From NCBI GenBank assembly GCA_048270185.1, contig JBLWTJ010000002.1, positions 64,001-128,000 of the forward strand: DNA of 64,000 nucleotides, read 5' to 3'. This document shows, one piece after another, positions 47,190 through 56,283 of this stretch. The DNA comes from Bacteriovoracaceae bacterium (GTDB lineage Bacteria > Bdellovibrionota > Bacteriovoracia > Bacteriovoracales > Bacteriovoracaceae). The notes beneath the pieces were generated by a model, which was given only the letters and a program-made list of their open reading frames with translations, had not been told where the DNA came from and did not search any database. The position numbers and the translations under genes were made by a program. Each line of letters opens with the position of its first letter. The first letter of the stretch is position 1.

Positions 47190-48542
47190 CTACATTCCAA
47201 ACTGCGGTCTACCGTAGTTAATCTGTAATTCTTTAAGATTTATATTTAGATCTCTATTTAAGTTTACATTATCATCGATAACATCAATATCATTTTTTAC
47301 TCTGCCTAAAAGATCGATCATTCTACCATCCGAACAGTCCTTCTTCCCCTTGCACTCACCCTCATCTTCAGGTTTCTTTGGGTTTGTAGGTTTATCGTCA
47401 CCTTTCGGGGTATCGTCGCCTTTCGGCGTATCATCACCTTTTGGCGTATCGTCGCCCTTCGGCGTATCGTCACCTTTTGGTTGATCTCCGCCACCAGTTC
47501 TTGGATTATCTACTTTAGGAGTATCTGGCTTTTCTGGTTTATCTTCAGGAATATCTGGAGCACCACCTGTTCTCGGATTATCAACCTTAGGTGTATCAGA
47601 TTTAGGCTTGTCTTGTTTTTGATTCTTTCCTTTATAATATTCTTTAAGTTCTGAATTACAGTTCATCATGCATACGCCACCGGCAATTAGAGCTGCTCCT
47701 ACGCCAACATATGGACCTAGCTTACTTCCAGCTAGCCCGCCCATAAGCGTCGTTATTCCACAATTAACTAAACAAGTTTTAACATCTCCACTGCTCGTCG
47801 AGCTAGTTGAGTACAAAAGACTATTCTTATCCCTCTCAAGTTTATTACCTAAAAGAGGACTAATCATTTCATCACCATCATTAAAGCTTGGATCACCACC
47901 CATTCTTGGACCAAGGCCAAAGTCTTGCTTACCTCTTGATGGCATTTGATCGCCACCTAAGTCTCCACCAAATTGACCATCTTCATGGCCCATTCTCGGT
48001 CCACCAAAGTCAGGTTTATTTGAGCGAGAAAGAGGTGGATCAAAAGAAGGTCTTGAAGGATCAACAGTGCGGTCGATTTCGATGCCGAAAGTTTTTTCAA
48101 CTTCATCACCAATTGCAGGGTTTAGTTTATTGATGATACTTGCAACTTGAGAAACCTTATCCATCTTTCCCATCGATGCGAACATATCCATCGTCACAAC
48201 AGATGGAAAAAGAAGACCGTCGTGAAGTCCCTTACTTTTGATATTATCTTTTATCCCTTTCATCATCATAAGCTTATCAACCATTCCAAGAGAACCATCG
48301 ACATCTGAAATTTGAACTAAGCGACTGACAAGTCGATCAAGAGTTGCACTTGGAAATTTTTTAGAAAGCTCATTAGTAAAGTCGACTTCAGCCTTTAAAA
48401 ATATTTTAAAGTTTTGTGCTCTCTCTTTAAGACACTCAACATCTCCAGCACAAGCATCTAGAGATTGTGCCACTACATTAAAAGACGATAGCAAGACGAT
48501 CATCATAAGCATTGAAAATTTGTGTAAGTAAATCACTCTCAT
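47190..48542 (-). CDS. Secreted repeat-containing protein with a Cys-flanked glycine-zipper segment
   Basis: Signal peptide; CLVNC..GGLAGSKLGPYVGVGAALIAGGVCMMNC; PKGDDT repeats. Confidence 0.8.
   Translation of the reverse strand: MRVIYLHKFSMLMMIVLLSSFNVVAQSLDACAGDVECLKERAQNFKIFLKAEVDFTNELSKKFPSATLDRLVSRLVQISDVDGSLGMVDKLMMMKGIKDNIKSKGLHDGLLFPSVVTMDMFASMGKMDKVSQVASIINKLNPAIGDEVEKTFGIEIDRTVDPSRPSFDPPLSRSNKPDFGGPRMGHEDGQFGGDLGGDQMPSRGKQDFGLGPRMGGDPSFNDGDEMISPLLGNKLERDKNSLLYSTSSTSSGDVKTCLVNCGITTLMGGLAGSKLGPYVGVGAALIAGGVCMMNCNSELKEYYKGKNQKQDKPKSDTPKVDNPRTGGAPDIPEDKPEKPDTPKVDNPRTGGGDQPKGDDTPKGDDTPKGDDTPKGDDTPKGDDKPTNPKKPEDEGECKGKKDCSDGRMIDLLGRVKNDIDVIDDNVNLNRDLNINLKELQINYGRPQFGM
47395..47482. repeat. 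Coding 18-bp tandem repeat (PKGDDT, about 5 copies)
   Basis: Degenerate third positions with conserved amino acids. Confidence 0.9.
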
Positions 48543-48763
48543 TCTTTCTCCTAATTTGTATTTCGCAAATATATATATTCAATCTTGTTGCCAATAACAT
48601 GGAGGTATAAACAACTGAAATCACGAATATTTACAAAGACACCTGGTCTATATCAGACTACTTAGTCCAGATAAGACTTAAACTAGAACGAAAGTAGCAG
48701 GTCCTGCCTACACAAGCTAAGTACTTTCAAAATGAAATGGAGATTTTCAATATTAGAATATTT

Positions 48764-49363
48764 TTAAGATAACGCTTTAAGCATTTCCGCAAGCCCGCGA
48801 GCTTGTTCACCCTCACTCACCTTCTCAAACTCAGGCAGGTGAATGAAGCCGGCCTTAGCGCGCATCTTCTTCTCATCAATAATGTGGCGGATGCCGTAGA
48901 AGATGTGATTGCACACATAGCGGCCACAATCTCTTGAGATGGCAACAGGAATCTGCGCTGCTAACAGGGCGTCTTCCATCTCCTTAATTGGCAGAGTCGA
49001 CGCAAGAGTAGCCGCCCCCTCTGCAAAGATCTTCTCACCTTCGGGTTTATTTCCCTCATTATCGGCAATGCGGGCCTCATCAAGATTATGAGCAAGGACT
49101 TCGAGATTGATCTCACTTGCCTTGGCATTGAGGCCAAAGCACAGAATATAATCGGGATTTAAAAGAAAGGCTTCCTTCTTTAAAATGGTCAGGGCCTTAC
49201 CAAAGACCACCGGAAGGATGAGTTTTGAGACCTCAATTTCTTCTATTTCATTTTTATAATTTTCAACGAGAATTTGGGAGGGGTTGGAATCCCCTCCATC
49301 GAATGGTTCAAAACCCGTTATGAGTATTTTTTTTGATCGATTAGCGCGATTAGTATGAAACAT
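48764..49363 (-). CDS. pcp: Pyroglutamyl-peptidase I
   Basis: ILITGFEPF..NPS, ARIADNEG, GRYVCNHIFY, GFIHLP. Confidence 0.95.
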   Translation of the reverse strand: MFHTNRANRSKKILITGFEPFDGGDSNPSQILVENYKNEIEEIEVSKLILPVVFGKALTILKKEAFLLNPDYILCFGLNAKASEINLEVLAHNLDEARIADNEGNKPEGEKIFAEGAATLASTLPIKEMEDALLAAQIPVAISRDCGRYVCNHIFYGIRHIIDEKKMRAKAGFIHLPEFEKVSEGEQARGLAEMLKALS

Positions 49364-50171
49364 ATTCTAACTTGAAACCAAAGGCCTTCTCATCAACGCT
49401 TACACGTGGATAAATTGTGCCAGCACTCTGGTTATATCTCGTCTCACATGATCCCTCAGTCACTTCATCCATTGTCAGGAAGTTTGTGCGAGTCACATAT
49501 CCAGTCTCAGTCGAGATGGCGATCTCAGCATCACCGTATGTGAAGCTAATTTCAGAGTCGTCGTAATTGATCTCTAATTCATTCTTTGTCTTATACTTCT
49601 TAGCAAGGACCTTAACATTCGTGTGGTAGTTCATATACTGATCCATCACGAAGAAATTATCCTTTGATAGAATCATCTTTCTAAAAGAATACTCATCACT
49701 TGAGTACTCACCGATACACTTATCTAGAGTATTAAATTCAAATTTTCCACCAAGACTCTTTAGGATTGTCTTGCCTTGTGCATTCTCAGTTGTCGTATGC
49801 CCAAGCCAAATTTGATGATTACAGCTTGAATTAACCTCAAGGCCATTCGTGTACTTTGTCACAACATCCCCTGGATGCTGCTCCTTAATCACGTCAGTAT
49901 TAAAGCGACAGTCATATTGTTTTGGGACGCCATAAGATTCGTAGCAATATTCCAGCTCGCTCTTATAGGCCTTTAAAGTATTGATTTTAGAGTTGATCAT
50001 TGCCTTAAACTCGTCGCGGTCAGACTTTGAAGTTGAGACAACAGTTGTTGTGGCCGCATTCATTAGATCCTGCTTATAGCTATCAGTGATCGTCTCGAGC
50101 ATGGCACACTCATTCATTTCAAAGGCAGAAGCCGTAAGGCATAGTAATGACGTAAAAATTATCTTTTTCAT
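49350..50171 (-). CDS. Secreted hypothetical protein
   Basis: Signal peptide ending TASA; several Cys. Confidence 0.8.
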   Translation of the reverse strand: MKKIIFTSLLCLTASAFEMNECAMLETITDSYKQDLMNAATTTVVSTSKSDRDEFKAMINSKINTLKAYKSELEYCYESYGVPKQYDCRFNTDVIKEQHPGDVVTKYTNGLEVNSSCNHQIWLGHTTTENAQGKTILKSLGGKFEFNTLDKCIGEYSSDEYSFRKMILSKDNFFVMDQYMNYHTNVKVLAKKYKTKNELEINYDDSEISFTYGDAEIAISTETGYVTRTNFLTMDEVTEGSCETRYNQSAGTIYPRVSVDEKAFGFKLEYVSY

Positions 50172-50185
50172 GGTGTAATCATAGC

Positions 50186-50217
50186 AAAAAAAAGGCCCTC
50201 CGTGGACAAGGAGGGCC
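50186..50217 (-). terminator. Intrinsic terminator
   Basis: GGCCCTCC/GGAGGGCC stem plus U8 after the 1252-aa gene. Confidence 0.9.
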
Positions 50218-50249
50218 TAATTTATATTTACTGTCTAAGTTTAGGACAA

Positions 50250-53200
50250 TTATTTTGCTTTAACGTCGATTACCTTAGTTGCAAGTAATTCACCGTTGTA
50301 AGAGACTTGAACTTTAAACTTTAGTTTGTCGTCCTTTGTCTTCTTCTTAAACTTGTAAGTTAGTGCTCCAGTAGCTGTTACACCCTTACCTGGTGAAGCG
50401 ATCTTTGTTGCGGCCTTCTTAAGGTCAACATATTTTTCACCTTCAAGAACACTGATTGCAACATCATATTCACCTGGTACGAAGTCACGTAGACCAGTTA
50501 ACTTAACCTTTACATCGTGGCTTCTGTAACGACAGTTAAATAATCCAAGAGTACACTTACGATCTTTAACTTCGTCAGAGAAATCAAGTCCTACTTGGAT
50601 CTCTGGGTTAACAAGTACGTTTGACGTAAATGTTGCCAGTTCAGTGTAGCTTGATCCTACTGCATCCCCTGGGTAAGTTAGCTCAATTTGCATTGAAACT
50701 TCTGAACCTGGACGAGCATTATTTGCAACTTTAGCTTGGATTACATCTGATAGATCAATCTGAGCTTGAGCTGGAAGAGTTCTTAAGTTAACTGTTGGAT
50801 CAACAACCACAACATTTGATGTGCTTGATACAACCTTAGCACTGATTGCTCCGCGGTTTGTTGCAAGTTTACCGAAGTTAACAAGCCCAAGACCAACTGA
50901 GAATTTACCATTTTGAGTTAACCCTTTTGGATCTTCAGTCTTAACTGTTGTCTGCCCAGCTTTTGCAAGACGAACAACACCTGTTGTTGCAAATAGTTTT
51001 TTCGCATCTGACTTACCAAGTGCTAGCATTTCAGATTTAAGTTTTGCGATATTCTCATCAAATCCTGCTTCTTCACCTGCATCAGCTCCGTTCTGGTAAG
51101 CTGCTCCCTCACCTTCTAAACGCGCTTCTGCGTAAGCAATCTTGTAGGCCTTATCAAATCCACTTTGCGTGTCTTTTGAAAAGTTACCTGCGCTAGCTTC
51201 GTCGCGAGCTTGCGAGAAGTACGCCACGTAACCGGCGAAGTAAGTGTCTTTGTGAGAAGACGTAAATTGCATTTTGTAAGCTGAATCGTAAGACTTACCA
51301 CAGGCTTGCTTAAACTCAGAAACACCTTTGTAAACATCAAAACAATTCTTGAAATCTTCATCAATGTCGATACGCGTAGGCGCAGTGTAAACGTATTGAG
51401 GAAGAGCTTTCGCTTTTTCTTTATTATTTTCATAAGCTTCAATCTCTGCTCGCACTCTTGAAACTTCTTGATCAACTCTTGAAGTGAATGACTTAAGAGC
51501 TCTTTCAGGAGCGGCATATTCAGGTGTGATGAAGTCATAAGTATCTGTTAGTGCATTCGTCATTTCACTTGCGAAAGCAAATGCTTTCTCCATGAAGATA
51601 CTTCCATTCACACTATTTGATAGAACGATTTTATTTGTTGGAAGATTAGAGAATGCTTCGTTCTTTACACTCTCGTAACCTTGTGGGTAGCTTTCAGACT
51701 TTGCTAATTTCTTAGCAGTCTCAACACCGACCTCATATCCTTTTGCATAACCTTCATCATAGCTTGACTGAGAATTTAGTCCATCAGCGTATCCCGCTTC
51801 AAGTCCATCATCCTTACCATCAAGAAGACCAGCAAGGTATCCTTTAAGTTCTCCAATTTTTAAACCATTGATTTTACCGAAGTGTTGACCATCTTCGCTT
51901 ACATCACGGCTTCCCTTGTACTCACCAGCAGTTGCTCCAGCTGTTTCACCTTGTGAAGCTCCAAGTTCTCTCGCTTCACCTTCGTATTGAGAGTAAAGAT
52001 CCTTACGTTCTTCGTAAGCAGAGAATTTACTTGCTGTGATTGACTCAAGTTCATTTGCAACTGTATCAGCTTTTGCAAACTCAGCTTCCTTAACATATTT
52101 CTTATCTTGTAGGCTTTCGTTTTGTCTTTGAAGATCTTGGATGCGTGACTCAGCACTTGCAATCATTGATCTCTTAGATGAGATTGCTTGTGAGTTCTGA
52201 TCCATTGTCGTGTTGGCCTGATTAATCGTTTGTTGATTCTGAGCAAATTGCTGAGAGAAACGATCTTGATCTTCACGACTTGCAAGAAGTCTTGCATGGA
52301 CATCATCAAGGCGATCCATGATCACTCTGATATCGGCCATCACAACTGAAAGACGACGCTCGTAAGATTCTCTTTCAGCAACGAGTGCTTTTTGAGTATT
52401 TCTTAAGCTTGCAACTGCACGACGGTTACTATCAAATTGATCCTGCTCTTTCTTAAGATCTCTCTTAAGTTTCTTGATATCAGAATTTACAAGAGCAAGT
52501 CTCTGTGTCGCTTCGCCCTTCTCTTTTTGAAGTTTAGCTATATCTTGCTGAAGACGAGTGATATCTTTTTTAACTTGTGCAAGTTTAGCACTCTTCTCAT
52601 CAAGCTTAGCTTTTGCTTGTACTTGAGTACGAGTTACATTTGTAAACTCAGACTTTAAAGTAGCAAGTCTTTGCTTTAATTTATCTAACTGAGGTGATGC
52701 GTTTGCAATCTCAGTTTCAACTGCTTTAAGTTGATTTGCCGCTTGTTGTGCCTTTTGTTTTGCACTAGCAACAGCACTTTGAAGTGCATTGATTTTACCT
52801 TGCCCTTGAGCAATGATTTGCTCAGTAGCTTTAAGATCCGCTTGCGCCTTTGTTAAGTCTGCTGAAACTTTAGTTATCTTAGTTTCAGTCTCAGCGATCT
52901 TATCACGTAGCGCTTTTCTTCTAAGTCTTAGCTCCTTGATTTGTTGACCTTTACCTGGATCACGTCCGCCACCAGTCAGATCTTTTAAGGCCGTTTCAAC
53001 AACGGCAAGATCCGCTTCCATCTTAGACTTCTTATTTTCTAACTGAGCTTTTTGAGAAGCTAGTAAATCTTTTTGTGACTTTAAAGTATCAACTTTTCCT
53101 TTGGCGTCAGCTAGTTCTTTCTTCGCTGAATTAAGCTCTGAAGTCTTTGATGAAACTTCAGACTGAGCAGCTGAAAGTTGTTGCTTTAATTTATTACGCT

Positions 53201-54008
53201 TTTGGATAAGAGGTCCGATGGCCTCTTCTTGCTTCTTTATTTTATTTTCAACTTGATCAATCTTAGTCTTGATATCGGCTACAGCTTGGTTTGCTGCTTG
53301 AAGCTCAGTCTTTGCTTGGCTTACCTGTGACTCAAAAGTTGAAACTTGAGACTGGGCCTGAGAAAGATTCTGCTTTGTTTGATTAAGATCTTTTTGAATA
53401 TTTGGTATTCTCTTTTGTAGACGATCATGCTCATCGATTGCTTTAGTGATTTTAGATTCGAGGGATTGAATCTCATCTTTGTTACGGTTAAAGATCTTCT
53501 GTGCACGCTCAAGATCATCGCCATTCTTCTGAATACTCTTTTCAACTGAATTAAGAGCACGTCTTAGGTTTTGTTCCGAATTTCTTGGCCCGGCCAAATC
53601 TCCTTCTAAACGATACTGATCATTTTCAAGAGCTTTAATATTTTGAGCTAATCTAATTAACTCATCATTAAGTCCTAAGTTCTCTTCACCTAGTTGAGCG
53701 ATTGTTGTTTCAAGATCCATATTCTCAGAACTAAGCTGAGTAATTAAAGCAACAGCTTCATCGATATCTCTTTCAGTAGCGTTGATCGTGCTTCCATTGA
53801 TTTCTAATTGTGCAACGATATCGTTGATTAGACTCTTTAGCTGATCAGCACTCATTCTCGCTGAGTCTGATTGAGACTTTGCTTGAGTGTAAGATGATAG
53901 ATAAGTTCGATAATCGATCTCATCTGGAAGTGTAGCGTTAGCATTTGCGGCCATGGCCAAAACAGACAATAGAACAACATTCTTGCTCAAAGCAATTGAT
54001 CTCATCAT
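50250..54008 (-). CDS. Large secreted coiled-coil protein with GxxxG repeats and beta-rich C-terminal domains
   Basis: Signal peptide ending ANA; ~650 aa of heptads; GYxxGxxxG repeats. Confidence 0.88.
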   Translation of the reverse strand: MMRSIALSKNVVLLSVLAMAANANATLPDEIDYRTYLSSYTQAKSQSDSARMSADQLKSLINDIVAQLEINGSTINATERDIDEAVALITQLSSENMDLETTIAQLGEENLGLNDELIRLAQNIKALENDQYRLEGDLAGPRNSEQNLRRALNSVEKSIQKNGDDLERAQKIFNRNKDEIQSLESKITKAIDEHDRLQKRIPNIQKDLNQTKQNLSQAQSQVSTFESQVSQAKTELQAANQAVADIKTKIDQVENKIKKQEEAIGPLIQKRNKLKQQLSAAQSEVSSKTSELNSAKKELADAKGKVDTLKSQKDLLASQKAQLENKKSKMEADLAVVETALKDLTGGGRDPGKGQQIKELRLRRKALRDKIAETETKITKVSADLTKAQADLKATEQIIAQGQGKINALQSAVASAKQKAQQAANQLKAVETEIANASPQLDKLKQRLATLKSEFTNVTRTQVQAKAKLDEKSAKLAQVKKDITRLQQDIAKLQKEKGEATQRLALVNSDIKKLKRDLKKEQDQFDSNRRAVASLRNTQKALVAERESYERRLSVVMADIRVIMDRLDDVHARLLASREDQDRFSQQFAQNQQTINQANTTMDQNSQAISSKRSMIASAESRIQDLQRQNESLQDKKYVKEAEFAKADTVANELESITASKFSAYEERKDLYSQYEGEARELGASQGETAGATAGEYKGSRDVSEDGQHFGKINGLKIGELKGYLAGLLDGKDDGLEAGYADGLNSQSSYDEGYAKGYEVGVETAKKLAKSESYPQGYESVKNEAFSNLPTNKIVLSNSVNGSIFMEKAFAFASEMTNALTDTYDFITPEYAAPERALKSFTSRVDQEVSRVRAEIEAYENNKEKAKALPQYVYTAPTRIDIDEDFKNCFDVYKGVSEFKQACGKSYDSAYKMQFTSSHKDTYFAGYVAYFSQARDEASAGNFSKDTQSGFDKAYKIAYAEARLEGEGAAYQNGADAGEEAGFDENIAKLKSEMLALGKSDAKKLFATTGVVRLAKAGQTTVKTEDPKGLTQNGKFSVGLGLVNFGKLATNRGAISAKVVSSTSNVVVVDPTVNLRTLPAQAQIDLSDVIQAKVANNARPGSEVSMQIELTYPGDAVGSSYTELATFTSNVLVNPEIQVGLDFSDEVKDRKCTLGLFNCRYRSHDVKVKLTGLRDFVPGEYDVAISVLEGEKYVDLKKAATKIASPGKGVTATGALTYKFKKKTKDDKLKFKVQVSYNGELLATKVIDVKAK

Positions 54009-54639
54009 GATTCCCTCTCCTTTTGATCACGTTGAATAAATTAGTTGTATAAAATGCTTGGAGATTTGTGGAGATTACTTAGTGAATTTGTAGATGTTAT
54101 ATGTTTATTGTAAGAATTTTTCAGAATATTACATTCATCTCTGTAAATATTTCAAATAACTGGACCTATAAAAGTGCCAAAGTGGTCCTATGGAGGTTGC
54201 AAAATGCTAATGATATTTAAAGTTTTGGGGATTTTTTAAGAATGTGAAGATTGAAAAATGCCTGGCCGTTACTTAAGCAGAGACAGGAAAAGACGACGGC
54301 CAGGCTTTTACACACAAGATAAGGACTTTTCAATAACCTCAAATAAACATTATTGTCTGCTATTCACATTGTAAATGGCCTCTTGCAAACTTTACTTTTT
54401 CTTTAACTCACACCCTATTTTTATGGGCAATTTTTAGATGTTTTTCGGGTTTTCATCAATCCTCAATTTTTAGGCCATTTCAAATCTCAAGTTATCGTTA
54501 TTAAATAGTCCGACCATTTTTCTCGGATGAATCTTCTTTTTCTGCCTGTATCTAAACACCTAAATTTATTATATACTTTACTAGTAATTCTATTTTCATT
54601 GAACGCAAATAACTCAACTTATATGGAAAGGGGGAATGA

Positions 54640-55131
54640 ATGAAAAAATTATTTACATTACTACTATTAGGTTCTGCACTTGTTATGACTTCATGTGGTT
54701 CTTCATCAAAAACAGATGATGCAACTTCAGTTGAGTCAGTAGATTATGACAACGCTTCTTTAGAAGTTAACGGTGACTCAGACTCAGGTAAAGCTGGTGC
54801 TCTTAGAACTGTTTACTTTGCATTTAATTCTGCAGGGCTTTCTTCATCAACTAAATCAACTCTTGAAGCTAACGCTGACTTCTTAAAGTCAAACACTTCA
54901 GTTGAAGTACAAGTTGAAGGTCACGCTGATGAAAGAGGTGGACGCGAGTACAACATGGCACTTGGTGAAAACCGTGCACGTGCAATTAAGAACTACCTAG
55001 TAGCTCTTGGTATTGAAGGTTCAAGAATCTCAACTACTTCTTACGGGAAGGAAAGACCAATTTCTTTTGGTCACTCTGAAGACTCTTGGTCACAAAACAG
55101 AAGAGGAAACTTCGTAATTATTGCAAAGTAA
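54640..55131 (+). CDS. pal: Peptidoglycan-associated lipoprotein
   Basis: Lipobox MTSC; VYFAFNS, EGHADERG..EYNMALGENRA, SYGKERP, NRR. Confidence 0.96.
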   Translation: MKKLFTLLLLGSALVMTSCGSSSKTDDATSVESVDYDNASLEVNGDSDSGKAGALRTVYFAFNSAGLSSSTKSTLEANADFLKSNTSVEVQVEGHADERGGREYNMALGENRARAIKNYLVALGIEGSRISTTSYGKERPISFGHSEDSWSQNRRGNFVIIAK

Positions 55132-55141
55132 TTAAAACAAA

Positions 55142-55453
55142 ATGAAAGAATTAAAAACTAAACTACTATTTTTAATTTTACTTCTATCTTTGGGTAGCTG
55201 CGGTCTTACGACCGTACGCCCTAAGTTAGAAATGACTTATGCACAAGTTGCTTTCCTTGCGGCCAAGGAAGCAGGCGGACAAACACTCGCCCCTAACTTC
55301 TACAGAAAGGCCGAATTCTATTACTTAAAAGCTAAATCGAGCTACAAGAGAAAATTCTTTAACAAAGCTAAGAAATACGCCATTTTATCTAAGCAATTTT
55401 CAGAAAAGGCCGAATTCAAGGCTTATCGTAAGAAGACTCTCGATAGCATCTAA
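55142..55453 (+). CDS. Small lipoprotein (DUF4398-like)
   Basis: Lipobox LGSC; AAKEAGG..LAP..Y.KA helical pattern. Confidence 0.75.
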   Translation: MKELKTKLLFLILLLSLGSCGLTTVRPKLEMTYAQVAFLAAKEAGGQTLAPNFYRKAEFYYLKAKSSYKRKFFNKAKKYAILSKQFSEKAEFKAYRKKTLDSI

Positions 55454-55491
55454 TTATATTTGCATCCTCTCGGATGCTTGGAGAATTTCTC

Positions 55492-56274
55492 ATGAAGAAA
55501 ACTTCCCTACTCTCAACACTTACATTAATTACCTTAATCGGCGCAACAGTATCTTGTAAGACACAAGAGCAAATTGAGCGCGAACAAAAGATCAACACGA
55601 TGTCAGTGCAAATGCAACAAAACCAAAAGTTAAATGCAGATGCCATCGCTAAAATGCAAGAAATGCAAGATTCTGTTCTTCTTGTACAAGGTAAGTTTGA
55701 AGAGTATTCAAATACTAAGAATCAAGAGCTTGAAGCTGTTAATCAAAAAGTTTTAAAGCTTGAAGAACAGAATACGACTCTAACAGATGAAGTAACAAAA
55801 CTTACAGCTAAGATTGAGCAGCAAGAAAAATATATCCAAGAGGTTCTTGCTCTTCTAAAAAAAAAAGAAAGTAAGAAGAAAGCGGCCGCTGCTGCAAAGA
55901 AGCGCTCTCCATATGAAGAAGGCATGCATCTTTATGGAAAAGGTCGCTATAACGAATCTCGCGCAATCCTAGAAGATCTTTATAAAGCAAATAAGATTAA
56001 AGGGAAAAGACGTGAGCGAATCATTCATAATCTAGGAATGATTTCTTATATTCAAAAAAGAAATGATGATGCCGTCACTTATTTTTCAACTTTATATACA
56101 TCGGTTCCAAAATCAGTCTATAACGCAAACGGACTGGTTTATCTAGCTCGCACATTTAAACGTCAAGGACAGACTGAGCAAGCAGTAATCACACTTGAAG
56201 AAATGCTTAAGTCATTTCCTAAGAGTCGTCACGTACCTACTGCAAAGAAGCTACTAGCTAGTTACAAGAAGTAA
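55492..56274 (+). CDS. cpoB: CpoB/YbgF-like TPR protein
   Basis: Lipobox, coiled coil, TPRs ending FPKS..AKKLL; downstream of pal. Confidence 0.75.
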   Translation: MKKTSLLSTLTLITLIGATVSCKTQEQIEREQKINTMSVQMQQNQKLNADAIAKMQEMQDSVLLVQGKFEEYSNTKNQELEAVNQKVLKLEEQNTTLTDEVTKLTAKIEQQEKYIQEVLALLKKKESKKKAAAAAKKRSPYEEGMHLYGKGRYNESRAILEDLYKANKIKGKRRERIIHNLGMISYIQKRNDDAVTYFSTLYTSVPKSVYNANGLVYLARTFKRQGQTEQAVITLEEMLKSFPKSRHVPTAKKLLASYKK

Positions 56275-56283
56275 GAGGAAACT

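Noticed and set aside
47395..47482. Tandem repeat as a phase-variation locus
   Set aside because: In-frame 18-bp unit with synonymous divergence; a protein-level repeat.
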